From the NCBI GenBank assembly GCA_965216625.1, contig OZ244186.1, positions 1,795,912 to 1,859,911 on the forward strand: 64,000 nucleotides of DNA. Reading direction: 5' to 3'. Below, piece by piece: positions 1-9,500 of this stretch. The stretch comes from Alphaproteobacteria bacterium. GTDB lineage: Bacteria > Pseudomonadota > Alphaproteobacteria > JABAAW01. Within the stretch, counting starts at the first letter, position 1; every line of letters begins with the position of its first letter. Position numbers and translations under genes: made by a program. Below the pieces are notes generated by a model, which was given only the letters and a program-made list of their open reading frames with translations, ran no database searches and had not been told where the DNA came from.

Positions 1-25
1 CCTGCAAGAGCAGAGCGTCGAGGTT

Positions 26-493
26 TTGGATATGGAGCATTTTTGGAAACGCGCCTTTGCCAACGCAGAAAGCCTTCCCATCGATCTGTCGGGGGTTGCA
101 GGTGCGCCGCGCGCAGCGCATCAAGAGCGTAGGCTGCTTTTGATCGAGAGGAACCGCGCGTTTTGCGATTCGATTATTCCTCACCTTTCGTCGGTAGGCT
201 TTCGGGTTTTTGTGGTCGATCATATCGATCAGGCGATCTACTACCACAAGAACGCCATTCCTTTCGATGTCATCATCAGCGATGTCGACGACAACAGCGA
301 CGAGGTGTTGAGGTTTGTCGCGCGCACGCGCCAAATGAGAGATTCATGGTCAGGACTGCCTTTCTTGGCATTGACGGGCGCGCCGCCTACCGAAGAAAGA
401 ACTGAGACTTGCCGTGTGGCGGGGTTCACAGACTTTTTGTCGAAGAACGACCGCTCGGATATTGTGCGCTGCTTGAAAGACTTGCCGCAGTAG
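26..493 (+). CDS. Degenerate receiver (REC)-like domain protein; may be 5'-truncated at the window edge
   Basis: The 155-aa ORF has a CheY-like alpha/beta pattern, including an acidic pocket-like 'DVIISDVDD'. It sits directly upstream of a canonical CheY-like gene. The assignment rests on weak similarity only. Confidence 0.4.
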   Translation: MDMEHFWKRAFANAESLPIDLSGVAGAPRAAHQERRLLLIERNRAFCDSIIPHLSSVGFRVFVVDHIDQAIYYHKNAIPFDVIISDVDDNSDEVLRFVARTRQMRDSWSGLPFLALTGAPPTEERTETCRVAGFTDFLSKNDRSDIVRCLKDLPQ

Positions 494-683
494 CGCGCGT
501 CTCCCCCATAGCTCACAGGCTTGCTATCTTGCGTTCCGTCAACAAAAACCCACAAGTCTGAGAAATTCTGCTAGACTCGTCCCTCTGCTGTGCCGAGGTT
601 CGATGCCCCGCGCACGCTAACGGCAGGAGTCGGTCAGGGGGGGAGGGCTGCGATCATATGAAACGAACGATGGAGTTGCCACT

Positions 684-1052
684 ATGGCGAAATCTTGTCT
701 TGTTGTAGACGATTCGAAGATCGTGCGCGTGATGGCGCGAAAGATTTTGGAAGGACTCGGCTTTGAAGTCTTCGACGCTGAAAACGGTCAGGAGGCGTTC
801 GATTTCTGCAAGAAGTCACCGCCAGTTTGTATCTTGCTCGATTGGAACATGCCCGTCATGAACGGGCTCGATTTCTTGAAAAAACTGCGCGGGGAAGCAT
901 TCGGAAAATCCATCAAGGTGATCTTCTGTACGACACAGACCGACGCCGAAAGCGTGAAGCAAGGCATGTCCGCAGGTGCCGACGAATACATCATGAAGCC
1001 CTTCGACGAAGGAGTAATCAAGAGCAAGTTCAGCGAAGTGGGCTTGATCTGA
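684..1052 (+). CDS. Single-domain CheY-like response regulator (receiver domain)
   Basis: Receiver motifs are present: 'LVVDDS...' for the N-terminal acidic pair, 'ILLDWNMP' for the phospho-acceptor Asp, 'FCTT' for the conserved T, and 'MKPF' for the conserved K. The product is 122 aa. Confidence 0.85.
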   Translation: MAKSCLVVDDSKIVRVMARKILEGLGFEVFDAENGQEAFDFCKKSPPVCILLDWNMPVMNGLDFLKKLRGEAFGKSIKVIFCTTQTDAESVKQGMSAGADEYIMKPFDEGVIKSKFSEVGLI

Positions 1053-1080
1053 TTGCTGCATAATTGTTTGCGATCTTGCA

Positions 1081-2037
1081 ATGTCGGACACGCATGACGC
1101 AGCGCGCCTGCGAGAGGCGTTGACGATTGTTCTGAAGGAGAGCGCGGGACTGAAGCCGCCGCCTTTGGAAGACAACGTTCTTGTCGCGCGCTTGCGGGCG
1201 GCGTGCGCAAGCTTCCGCGATCGACCGAGTCTTACGCCACAAGAACTCCTCTCATTAGCTCAGGGCGATCGCTTTGAGCCGGTTTTTCGGGAGCTGTTGT
1301 TGGAAACCTTCTCCGACAAGGACACAGCCTTCAATCGCTGTAAACAGACCTTTTCATACATCGCCGAAAACTTGTCTATACCAAACCCCAACCCCAACGC
1401 CAAAAGATCTCTGAAAATTTGGTGCGCCGCCTGCTCGACAGGCCAAGAAGCTCTTTCGCTCGTCATGGCTTGGCACAAACGCTTGCAAGACGAGCCTGCG
1501 CTCGCAGATGCAGGGACGCGCTTCGTCGTCTATGCCAGCGATAGGAGCGCGCGTGCCATCGAGACGGCGCGCAAGGGACGCTACAACAACTTCGATGTGC
1601 AACACGGTCTCAGTGTTCACGATCTGCTCGAGTTTTTCGACGAGCAGCAGGGCGGAGGCTTTTGGAAAGCGAAAGACGCGCTGCTTGCGCCTATAAATTT
1701 TTTCCAACACAACCTCCTGAACTCGCCGCCGTCGCTGCTGCCGCGCCGTTTGGACGCGATCCTCCTGCCGCACACGCTGCAGAATTTTGATGACACCGTA
1801 GCCGAACGCATACTCGTGCGTCTTGTCTCGTTGCTTGCGCCTGAGGGTTGGCTCGTGCTTGCGCCGTTTGAGGCGGAAAAATACGGCAGGCGACTTTTCT
1901 TGCAACCGTCGGAGAAGCTCGAAGCGAGCTCTTCGCTGCCGCAAGGAATGTTTTCGCGCTCGACCTTCGCCTATCCCGACCGAGGGGGTAGTGCTGCCGC
2001 TTCCTCGTCGCGAGCGTCTTGGATGTCCTCCTCCTAA
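1081..2037 (+). CDS. CheR-like protein-glutamate O-methyltransferase (SAM-dependent)
   Basis: 'KIWCAACSTGQEALSLVMA' matches the CheR SAM-binding signature (IWSAGCSTGEEPYS). The N-terminal helical domain and the downstream 'RFVVYASDRS...NNFDVQHGL' segment are consistent with the CheR fold. Confidence 0.7.
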   Translation: MSDTHDAARLREALTIVLKESAGLKPPPLEDNVLVARLRAACASFRDRPSLTPQELLSLAQGDRFEPVFRELLLETFSDKDTAFNRCKQTFSYIAENLSIPNPNPNAKRSLKIWCAACSTGQEALSLVMAWHKRLQDEPALADAGTRFVVYASDRSARAIETARKGRYNNFDVQHGLSVHDLLEFFDEQQGGGFWKAKDALLAPINFFQHNLLNSPPSLLPRRLDAILLPHTLQNFDDTVAERILVRLVSLLAPEGWLVLAPFEAEKYGRRLFLQPSEKLEASSSLPQGMFSRSTFAYPDRGGSAAASSSRASWMSSS

Positions 2038-2041
2038 TACC

Positions 2042-2767
2042 ATGACGGTCGTCCGCTTCGACAAGGTCGGCATGCGCTACGGCTTGGGGCCGGAGATTCT
2101 GCACGATGTCGACTTTTCGCTGTCGCGCGGCTCTTTTCACTACCTGACAGGCCCCTCGGGAGCCGGCAAGACTTCTCTATTGCGTCTGATGTTTTTGGCG
2201 CAACGTCCTTCTCGCGGCAGCATTAGTGCCTTCGGCGAGGATGTGACGGGCAAAGATCGCAAAGCTCTGCAAGGTCTGCGCCGTCGGATTGGTGTCGTCT
2301 TTCAGGAGTTCCGCATGGTCGAGCATCTGAGCGCCGCGGAAAATGTCGCCCTGCCCTTGCGTCTGCGAGGCTTGGAGGAAAGTCGCATCCGCGAGCATGT
2401 GAAAGAGATTATGGCTTGGGTGGGTTTGCAACATCACATGGCAGCCGATCCCGCGACGCTCTCAGGCGGACAACAGCAGCGGGTTGCCATCGCGCGTGCC
2501 GTCGTCTCCAACCCCGATCTGCTGCTCGCCGACGAGCCGACGGGCAATGTTGACGACGCGCTCGGCGAGCGACTTCTCTACCTCTTCGAGCAGATGTACA
2601 AAAACGGCTCGACGGTCGTCGTCGCGACGCACAACCGCCGTCTCATCGAGAAGTATCCTCATCCCGTCTTTCGCCTGCGCGACGGCTTCTTGGAAAAAGC
2701 TACTTTGAAACAAGCAGGAAAACAAACAGGCAAACAGGCAGGCAAAGAAGGAGGAAAACAAGCGTGA
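2042..2767 (+). CDS. ftsE: Cell-division ABC transporter ATP-binding protein FtsE
   Basis: Walker A 'GPSGAGKTS', ABC signature '[14 protein letters not shown]' and Walker B '[12 protein letters not shown]' are present, and the size and position upstream of ftsX fit. The start was refined to the internal ATG (MTVVRFDKV) in frame with ORF 1823..2767. Confidence 0.9.
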   Translation: MTVVRFDKVGMRYGLGPEILHDVDFSLSRGSFHYLTGPSGAGKTSLLRLMFLAQRPSRGSISAFGEDVTGKDRKALQGLRRRIGVVFQEFRMVEHLSAAENVALPLRLRGLEESRIREHVKEIMAWVGLQHHMAADPATLSGGQQQRVAIARAVVSNPDLLLADEPTGNVDDALGERLLYLFEQMYKNGSTVVVATHNRRLIEKYPHPVFRLRDGFLEKATLKQAGKQTGKQAGKEGGKQA

Positions 2768-3678
2768 CGCGATTCGTTCGGGCAGCGCGGTTTTTGCTGC
2801 GCACGGATGCGGACACCACTCCGTTGGGGCAAGCCTTTTCCTCCGAGCGTGCGACGTTGTTTCTGCCGTGGGTCATCGGGGTGATGGTCTATTTGGCGTT
2901 GCTGATGGTAGCTGTCTTGCTTTCGATCGACAACACGATCTCGCGTTGGCGTAGCGACTTGTCGGATCGGCTCACGGTTGTCGTGCCGCAAGAAGCGGGC
3001 GCGGGCGCGCTCGCCTCGACGGATGAGTTGCTGGCGTTTTTGCGCGCTGAGCCGCGCGTCAAGCGTGCCGAGGTTATTCCCCTCTCGCGTCTGCAAAGCC
3101 TGCTGGAGCCGTGGCTGGGTCCTGCGGCGCGCACTGAGGGCTTGCCGCTGCCGAGCATGATCGAGGTGGATCTGATCAGCATCGAGGTAGCAACCATAGC
3201 CGCCTTGCGCGCAAATCTGCAACAGCGGTTTCCTCGTGTCCTTCTCGACGACCATCGGCTGTGGCGCACGCGCTTGCTCAAAGTCGGACGAATTTTACAA
3301 ACGGTCGCCTTTCTAGCGACGCTCGTAGCCCTGACGACGGCACTCGTCATCGTCGCCTTCGGCGTGCAAGCGGCGATGGGCAGGCACGCGACGACTATTC
3401 AGCTACTGCGCGTTATGGGAGCGGAAGACGCCTACATCACCGCGCAGTTCATGCCCGCCGTGCGCCGCGCCGCAGGCTGGGGTAGCTTGGCGGGGTTGAT
3501 GCTCTTTCTCTCCACCTACGCGCTGCTGCGGATTGCGGGCGACGGATTCGCTCCAGAGCGGATGGGACCATACGGATGGCAATGGCTTATAATGCTGCTC
3601 GTGCCGCTCGCCTCCTTCATCGCAGCCTTAGGTGTTTTGATCGCGCTGATGCACCGCAGGCTGCAAGATGTTCCATGA
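2764..3678 (+). CDS. ftsX: Cell-division permease FtsX
   Basis: It overlaps the ftsE stop and has an N-terminal transmembrane segment, a periplasmic loop and three C-terminal transmembrane segments, which is the FtsX topology. Confidence 0.8.
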   Translation: MTRFVRAARFLLRTDADTTPLGQAFSSERATLFLPWVIGVMVYLALLMVAVLLSIDNTISRWRSDLSDRLTVVVPQEAGAGALASTDELLAFLRAEPRVKRAEVIPLSRLQSLLEPWLGPAARTEGLPLPSMIEVDLISIEVATIAALRANLQQRFPRVLLDDHRLWRTRLLKVGRILQTVAFLATLVALTTALVIVAFGVQAAMGRHATTIQLLRVMGAEDAYITAQFMPAVRRAAGWGSLAGLMLFLSTYALLRIAGDGFAPERMGPYGWQWLIMLLVPLASFIAALGVLIALMHRRLQDVP

Positions 3679-4352
3679 AGATATTGCACCAACCGAGCAG
3701 GGCGCAAACGCGTATGACAATTGTGTTTCCAAGAATTCTCCCGATACTGTGGATTTTGAGTGCGTTGCTTGTCATTGGCTTTACGCTCGGCTTCGTGTGG
3801 TTTCGTCTGACGCAGCCCGCCTTCGGACAACGGGCTTTTGTCGAGCGTGCGCAGGCGATCGTCGTCTTCACAGGCTCGCAGGCGCGCATTCCTTCAGGAC
3901 TCGCACTTTGGCGTAAAGGAGCTGCTCCGCGCTTGCTGGTCTCAGGCGTTTATCGAAAGACGACGAGCCGCGACCTCATCGGCGAGGAGGCAGCGGGCAG
4001 CGTCGCATTAGGACGCGCCGCGCGCAATACTTTCGAAAACGCCGTCGAGACGGTGTTGTGGACGAACAAGAACGACATCGACAAGATCATCTTGGTCACA
4101 TCCGATGTACACATGCGGCGCAGTCGGCTCTACTTGCGCTGCCTTGCGCCAAACTTGGAGGTTGTGCCTTTCGCGGTGCGTTTTCGCCATCAAAACCTGT
4201 GGCGTAGCAACATCAAGGAGTACGCTAAATACCTGCTCGCCCTTGCCCATTGTCGCATCGCCGTCCTGCCCGATTACTTTCCCACACCGCAAGCGAGAGC
4301 CCAAGAAGACGGGAGAAACGCCGCCGACAGAAAGACAGGCAAGAAGTCATGA
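3675..4352 (+). CDS. DUF218 (YdcF/ElyC-like) domain membrane protein
   Basis: The start 'MKILHQP' overlaps the ftsX stop by 4 nt (ATGA). There is an N-terminal transmembrane segment followed by 'VVFTGSQARIPSGLALWRKGAAPRLLVSGV...ILVTSDVHMRRS', which is typical of DUF218. Confidence 0.65.
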   Translation: MKILHQPSRAQTRMTIVFPRILPILWILSALLVIGFTLGFVWFRLTQPAFGQRAFVERAQAIVVFTGSQARIPSGLALWRKGAAPRLLVSGVYRKTTSRDLIGEEAAGSVALGRAARNTFENAVETVLWTNKNDIDKIILVTSDVHMRRSRLYLRCLAPNLEVVPFAVRFRHQNLWRSNIKEYAKYLLALAHCRIAVLPDYFPTPQARAQEDGRNAADRKTGKKS

Positions 4353-5119
4353 GAGCGTTCAACACATGGTTTAAACGATGGCTTAAACGATGGTTTGTGC
4401 GTGCGCGCGTTGGCATGTTTTTTCTTATCGTTTTGCTTGCGACGCTTTTCATCTCGTCGACCTCGACGGCACTCTCGTTGCTGACGCTGTGGCGTCGTGC
4501 TCCTCTCTCGCTGTGCTTTCTTTGGGTGAACGTCTTCAATCTCGCCTGTCGATGCTTGCTGGGCATCCGCTTCCGTCTCGAGGGCTTTGAGAACATTCCG
4601 CAAGGCGAGCGCGTTCTGTTTGCTATGAAGCATCAGTCTTTGTGGGAGACGCTCGCGTTGCTGACACCGCTCTCTGTGCATGCCTATATCGGCAAGAAGT
4701 CGCTCGCGTTTATTCCCATTTGGGGTTGGGCGCTCTACTCCGCCGGCAAGTATATTCCCGTCAATCGCGCCGCCGTTGTTGCCAGCACCTTCTCGCTGTT
4801 GCGCCGCTTGCGCAAGCGTTTTTCGGATCCCTGCTTTCGTCGCGTCCTGATTTTTCCCGAAGGGAGACGCACGCTGCCCTCCGAGACGGCTCCCGCCTAT
4901 CGAGAAGGGGTGGAACTTCTGTATCGCCAATTTTCTTTTTTCGTCGTGCCGATTGCCGTCAACAGCGGGCATCTTTGGCCGAAGAAGGGCTACCTGCGTG
5001 GCGGAACGATCACCGTCTCGATCCTTGCGCCGATCGCGCCGGGCTTGGCTAAGGGGACGCTCGTGCCGCTGTTGCAACGCCGCATCGAGGAGGAAGTGCG
5101 AAGGATCGGCATCCCTTGA
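4349..5119 (+). CDS. 1-acyl-sn-glycerol-3-phosphate acyltransferase family (PlsC/LPLAT)
   Basis: It shows the 'AMKHQSLWETL' HX4D-like block, the 'FPEGRRT' acyltransferase motif and 'PIAVNSG'. The start 'MRAFNTWF' overlaps the upstream stop (ATGA). It could instead be OlsA-like; the substrate is not assignable. Confidence 0.75.
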   Translation: MRAFNTWFKRWLKRWFVRARVGMFFLIVLLATLFISSTSTALSLLTLWRRAPLSLCFLWVNVFNLACRCLLGIRFRLEGFENIPQGERVLFAMKHQSLWETLALLTPLSVHAYIGKKSLAFIPIWGWALYSAGKYIPVNRAAVVASTFSLLRRLRKRFSDPCFRRVLIFPEGRRTLPSETAPAYREGVELLYRQFSFFVVPIAVNSGHLWPKKGYLRGGTITVSILAPIAPGLAKGTLVPLLQRRIEEEVRRIGIP

Positions 5120-5246
5120 GCAAGACGGGATGCGACGCGCGACAGCGGGGTTGCTTTAACGGGCGAGATACGCCAGTATGCGCGCGAGAGCTTCGGAAAG
5201 TGCGTGTCGGGTTCGAAGCCGCGTTCGAGGTCTAGCGTAACGATTT

Positions 5247-7604
5247 TTGCGGGAGACGCCATCGATGAAACAACAGTCTACGATGAAGCTGGTGCGCGTC
5301 CGTCTGGCTTTTTGGAGCGAGAGCGTCGCAACCTTTCTTCAGGCTGTATTCATTCGCTCGCGGCGAGGTCCGACGACGGTGACGCTGATCTTTCTTTTGC
5401 TCGCCATCTCGTATCGGATCAACGATCCGCCCTTCATCGAGCAGCTGCGCCTTCAAAGCTTCGACAACTATGTGCGCGCCTGGCCGCACGAAGGGATCAC
5501 CTCGCGTCCGATCGCAATCTTGGATATCGACGAACGCTCGTTGGACGAGTTGGGACAATGGCCATGGCCGCGTACCGTCGTCGGCGATCTGCTGAAATCG
5601 CTGCGGAGCTACGATGTCGCCGTGTTGGCGATGGATGTCGTCTTCTCGGAAGAAGATCGCACGTCGCCGAAGAATCTTGTGCGTCATGTTCTCTACGACA
5701 TCGATCCGATCACGCGCGATCGTTTGTTGCGTCTGCCCGACAACGAGCTCGCCATGACGCGCATTATGGGCGACGGGCTGCCCGTCGTGTTGGGCATGCC
5801 GAACTCTACGCGCACGGACAATATCGGCGAGCGTCTGCCTCCGTCGTCGTTCAAGGGCACCTTCGGTCCCGATCCCGTTTCGTTCATTCGCGCCAACCAC
5901 TTTGCAAACCTGCTTCCCAACGTGCAGACGCTGAACGATCATGCAGGCGGCTTTGGAGTCTTCTCGTTCGGCTTCGACTACGACGGTACTGTGCGCCGTG
6001 TGCCTGTCGTCGTCGCCGTGGGAGAGCAGATCTATCCAAGCCTTGTGCTGGAGACGCTGCGTGTGGGTTCGCAGAGCCAAGGGCTATACTTGCGTAGCGC
6101 AGAAAATTTGGGAATCATCTCGGCATTGTTGCAGCGCGGCGACGGCTCGCGCAGCGTTATTCCGACCGACAACGAAGGACGCATTTGGGTCAAGTTCGGC
6201 AATCCTCAACCCTACAACATCGCCTACGAACCAGGGCAGGAGAAGCGGCTCTATGTCTCGGCGATCGATGTGCTGCGAAAAAAGATTCCCAAGGAGTGGC
6301 TGCAAGGACACTTCGTCTTCTTCGGCACCTCCGCGTCAGGGTTGAAAGATTTACGCAACACGCCCGTCGATCCGGCGCTGCCTGGGGTCGAGGTTCACGC
6401 CAATGTTCTCTCGAACATCCTGTCGGGCGACTCGCTGCTCGTGCCACCCTCGATCGGCATCATCGAGACCGCCGTCATGCTGCTGGCGGGCATTCTGATC
6501 ATCGCGGTCAAGCGACGTTTTTCATTGCTACCCTCGTTCACATTCTTGCTTTTGATCATCGCGTTAAACTTCTTTATCAGCATCTACTTCTACCAAACCC
6601 ACGGCATCCTTTACGATGCGATGCTCATCAGCCTTGTCTCCCTTTTGATCTTCATCATGTTCACCTTGTTCAACTATCTTCGCGAGTCTTCCGAGAAGAA
6701 GAACATTCGCCGCGCCTTCGTGCAATACTTGTCGCCTGATTTGGTCGATCAGCTCTCGGCATCGCCGGACAAGCTGAGTTTGGGCGGCGAGTTGCGCACG
6801 ATGTCGTTTTTGTTTTGCGATGTCAGAGGATTTACGACCATCTCCGAGAGCTACAAGACAAACCCACAAGGCTTGACGCATCTGATGAACCGCCTGCTAA
6901 CGCCGCTGACCAACGAGATATTAGAGCGCAAGGGGACGATCGACAAATACATGGGCGACTGCATCATGGCGTTTTGGAACGCTCCTCTGACCGACGAGCA
7001 GCATGCGTCGAACGCCGTCGATTCGGGGTTGGAGATGTTTCGTGCATTGCGAGTGTTGAACGCAGAGCGCGAGCGCGAAGCCTTGCAGGAAAATCTTCGT
7101 TATTTGCCTCTGAATGTTGGCATCGGCATCAACACGGGCGAGGCGGTCGTTGGCAATATGGGCTCCGAGCAGCGTTTCGACTATTCCGTCTTGGGCGACC
7201 CCGTCAACTTGGCATCGCGCTTGGAGGGACAATCCAAGTCTTACGGCGTCGATATGGTCATCGGCGAGAGCACGGCAGCCATGCTGGAGGGGCGTTATGC
7301 TGTCGTCGAACTCGACAGCATCGCGGTCAAGGGCAAGGAGGAGGCGGTGACCATCTACACCGTTTTAGGCGACGAAACATACGAGTACGGCAAGGAGCTG
7401 GCAGAGCTTTTGCCGAAGCACAAGGCGTTCTTGGAAGGGTATCGAGGACAACTTTGGGACAAAGCCGAGGCTGCTGCAAAAAGTTGCGCACGCTTTGCTC
7501 CGCTGAAAGCCTTCTACGCCGTCTATCAGGAGCGAATTCTAGAATATCGCGCCTCTCCCCCCGCGTCGAACTGGGACGGTGTCTATCGTGCGACTAGCAA
7601 GTAG
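5247..7604 (+). CDS. CHASE2 sensor domain / class III adenylate (or guanylate) cyclase
   Basis: An N-terminal transmembrane segment is followed by a periplasmic CHASE2-like region ('ILDIDERSLDELGQWPWPR'), a cluster of three transmembrane segments, then a cyclase homology domain ('FCDVRGFTTISE...YMGDCIMAFWNAP...IGINTGEAVVGNMGS...GDPVNLASRLE'). The true start may be the MKQQ codon at ~5265. Confidence 0.85.
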   Translation: MRETPSMKQQSTMKLVRVRLAFWSESVATFLQAVFIRSRRGPTTVTLIFLLLAISYRINDPPFIEQLRLQSFDNYVRAWPHEGITSRPIAILDIDERSLDELGQWPWPRTVVGDLLKSLRSYDVAVLAMDVVFSEEDRTSPKNLVRHVLYDIDPITRDRLLRLPDNELAMTRIMGDGLPVVLGMPNSTRTDNIGERLPPSSFKGTFGPDPVSFIRANHFANLLPNVQTLNDHAGGFGVFSFGFDYDGTVRRVPVVVAVGEQIYPSLVLETLRVGSQSQGLYLRSAENLGIISALLQRGDGSRSVIPTDNEGRIWVKFGNPQPYNIAYEPGQEKRLYVSAIDVLRKKIPKEWLQGHFVFFGTSASGLKDLRNTPVDPALPGVEVHANVLSNILSGDSLLVPPSIGIIETAVMLLAGILIIAVKRRFSLLPSFTFLLLIIALNFFISIYFYQTHGILYDAMLISLVSLLIFIMFTLFNYLRESSEKKNIRRAFVQYLSPDLVDQLSASPDKLSLGGELRTMSFLFCDVRGFTTISESYKTNPQGLTHLMNRLLTPLTNEILERKGTIDKYMGDCIMAFWNAPLTDEQHASNAVDSGLEMFRALRVLNAEREREALQENLRYLPLNVGIGINTGEAVVGNMGSEQRFDYSVLGDPVNLASRLEGQSKSYGVDMVIGESTAAMLEGRYAVVELDSIAVKGKEEAVTIYTVLGDETYEYGKELAELLPKHKAFLEGYRGQLWDKAEAAAKSCARFAPLKAFYAVYQERILEYRASPPASNWDGVYRATSK

Positions 7605-7652
7605 TACGCGAGCCTCGACGGACGGGGATCGGGTTGCAAGCACAGGCGTGAG

Positions 7653-9467
7653 ATGAGCACGGACAAGCCGAACGGAGCAGACGAGACGAACGCCTTTGCG
7701 CATTTGGTCGGTCGCTTGGGCAAGCCGCCGCCTTTCTCGGAGGGGTGGTTTCAGACTCTGTTGAAGGATACGGACGGGCTTCGTCGCCGTGCCATCTACT
7801 ACTCCTGCTTTGTCAATTTGACGGCTATTGCCGCACCGATTTTCACGCTGCAAGTCTACGATCGCGTCATTTTTCACGCAGGGATCGAGACGCTGAAAGC
7901 GCTTGTGATAGGAATCTTGATCGTCATATTTTTCGATTTTCTCATGCGCAAAGCGCGTGCGAACCTCTTTCGTGCTGTCTCGTTGAGAAACGACGTTTTG
8001 GTCGGGCACAAGATGTTTCGACACACGATGAACTTGCCTTTGCGCGAGCTAGAAAAGCGTCCGACGGGACAATGGATCGCCTTCTTCAACGACCTGGCAG
8101 CAGTGCGAAACCGTATGGGAGGACCGATGGCGGCGCAGTTCATCGACGTTCCTTTCTCGTTGATGTTTTTGGTCGTCATCTTTGTCGTCGCAACCCCGAT
8201 CGCTTGGATCCCCGTCGTCTCGGGGTTGATGTTTCTTATTCTTATTTGGCGCGCCGATGTTAGTGTCGCCGCGCGAGTAAGCAAGGAGCAAGAGCAGATC
8301 GTCAATCGCAACGGCTTGCTCAACGAGCTGCTGCATGCGCGCACGACGGTCAAGTCTCTCTCGCTCGCGCTGCCTTCCGAGACGCGCTGGGCAGAGACGC
8401 AAGGCTCGTTGATCGAAGAATCTGTCCTACGCGGGGCGGCTCACGACCACTATCAGACAATCAGCTACAGCATGACCCAGCTGACGACCATCGCGATGAC
8501 AAGCGTCGGCGCGTTGGCGATCGTCAATCAATCCATGACGATGGGCGCGTTGATCGCTGCAAATATGCTGGGAGGGCGCATGATCGCAAACTTGGGACAG
8601 ACCTTGAACTACTGGCGCGGTTATCAAACATATGTTGCGTCCAAAAAACGACTCAGCACCATTTTCGGAATCGATACGGAAAAGGTGCGCTCCGAAGTGG
8701 CGCAGGAAAATCCGCAGGGAAAAATCACTTTCTCAGACCTATCGTTTCGATACGAGGAAAACGCGCCGCTCGCGCTCGAAGAAGCTAGCGGAACCATAGG
8801 ACCAGGAGGATTCTATGTGCTGGTCGGCGCAAACGGCAGCGGCAAGAGCACCCTCATGAAGCTGCTGCGCGGACTCTACAGACCCGAAAAGGGAGTCGTC
8901 ATGCTCGACGATAGAGACATTCGCCAATTCACCAATCAGGAGATCGCTCGATGGATCGGATACATGCCGCAGGACGCAACCCTGTTCAGCGGCACGCTGC
9001 ATTCCAACATCATCTTCGGCGCAGAGCAGCACAACGACGAGGCTATTTTGGAATCGACGAAATACGCGAACTGCCACCATATCATCACGAAGTTTCCGGC
9101 AGGCTACGAGACGCCCGTCGGCGAGGGGGGAGCCAACATCTCGCCGGGGTTGCGACAGAAGATATGCCTTGCGCGACTTTATTTGCGGCAGCCCAGCCTT
9201 GTCTTTCTCGACGAGCCGACCAACCACCTTGACCAGCAGGGTGTCATCGATTTGGCGAGCTCGTTGAAACTTCTCGCCAAGACGAAGACGGTGCTTGTGA
9301 TTTCCCACAATCCCAGCTTGTTGCAACAATCCGACTATATTGTCGTGATGGAAGATGGACATGTGCGTCAGATCGCGCCGAAGGATGTGATCGCCAAGCA
9401 GGCTGCGGCGCAGGCGCAGAGCAAGAAGGCGGCGTTGCAGGCACCAGAAAAGAGCCAAGAAGCTTAA
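7653..9467 (+). CDS. Type I secretion system ABC transporter (PrtD/AprD-type, no C39 peptidase domain)
   Basis: An N-terminal six-transmembrane domain is followed by an ABC domain ('GANGSGKST', 'ISPGLRQKICLARL', 'LVFLDEPTNHLD'). It is adjacent to a HlyD-family gene. Confidence 0.9.
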   Translation: MSTDKPNGADETNAFAHLVGRLGKPPPFSEGWFQTLLKDTDGLRRRAIYYSCFVNLTAIAAPIFTLQVYDRVIFHAGIETLKALVIGILIVIFFDFLMRKARANLFRAVSLRNDVLVGHKMFRHTMNLPLRELEKRPTGQWIAFFNDLAAVRNRMGGPMAAQFIDVPFSLMFLVVIFVVATPIAWIPVVSGLMFLILIWRADVSVAARVSKEQEQIVNRNGLLNELLHARTTVKSLSLALPSETRWAETQGSLIEESVLRGAAHDHYQTISYSMTQLTTIAMTSVGALAIVNQSMTMGALIAANMLGGRMIANLGQTLNYWRGYQTYVASKKRLSTIFGIDTEKVRSEVAQENPQGKITFSDLSFRYEENAPLALEEASGTIGPGGFYVLVGANGSGKSTLMKLLRGLYRPEKGVVMLDDRDIRQFTNQEIARWIGYMPQDATLFSGTLHSNIIFGAEQHNDEAILESTKYANCHHIITKFPAGYETPVGEGGANISPGLRQKICLARLYLRQPSLVFLDEPTNHLDQQGVIDLASSLKLLAKTKTVLVISHNPSLLQQSDYIVVMEDGHVRQIAPKDVIAKQAAAQAQSKKAALQAPEKSQEA

Positions 9468-9500
9468 ACCTAACACGACACCTGAAGAGAGAAGAAAGCC

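Noticed and set aside
540-660. A tRNA-like 'ggttcgatgcc' (T-loop-like) upstream of the CheY-like gene
   Set aside because: No complementary acceptor stem or D/anticodon arms could be found, so it is probably a chance match.
5204-6345. Alternative-frame ORFs over the adenylate cyclase gene (5204..6097, 5232..6080, 5941..6345, 6185..6739)
   Set aside because: The cyclase frame has clear domain homology end to end. The others are high-GC frame artefacts.
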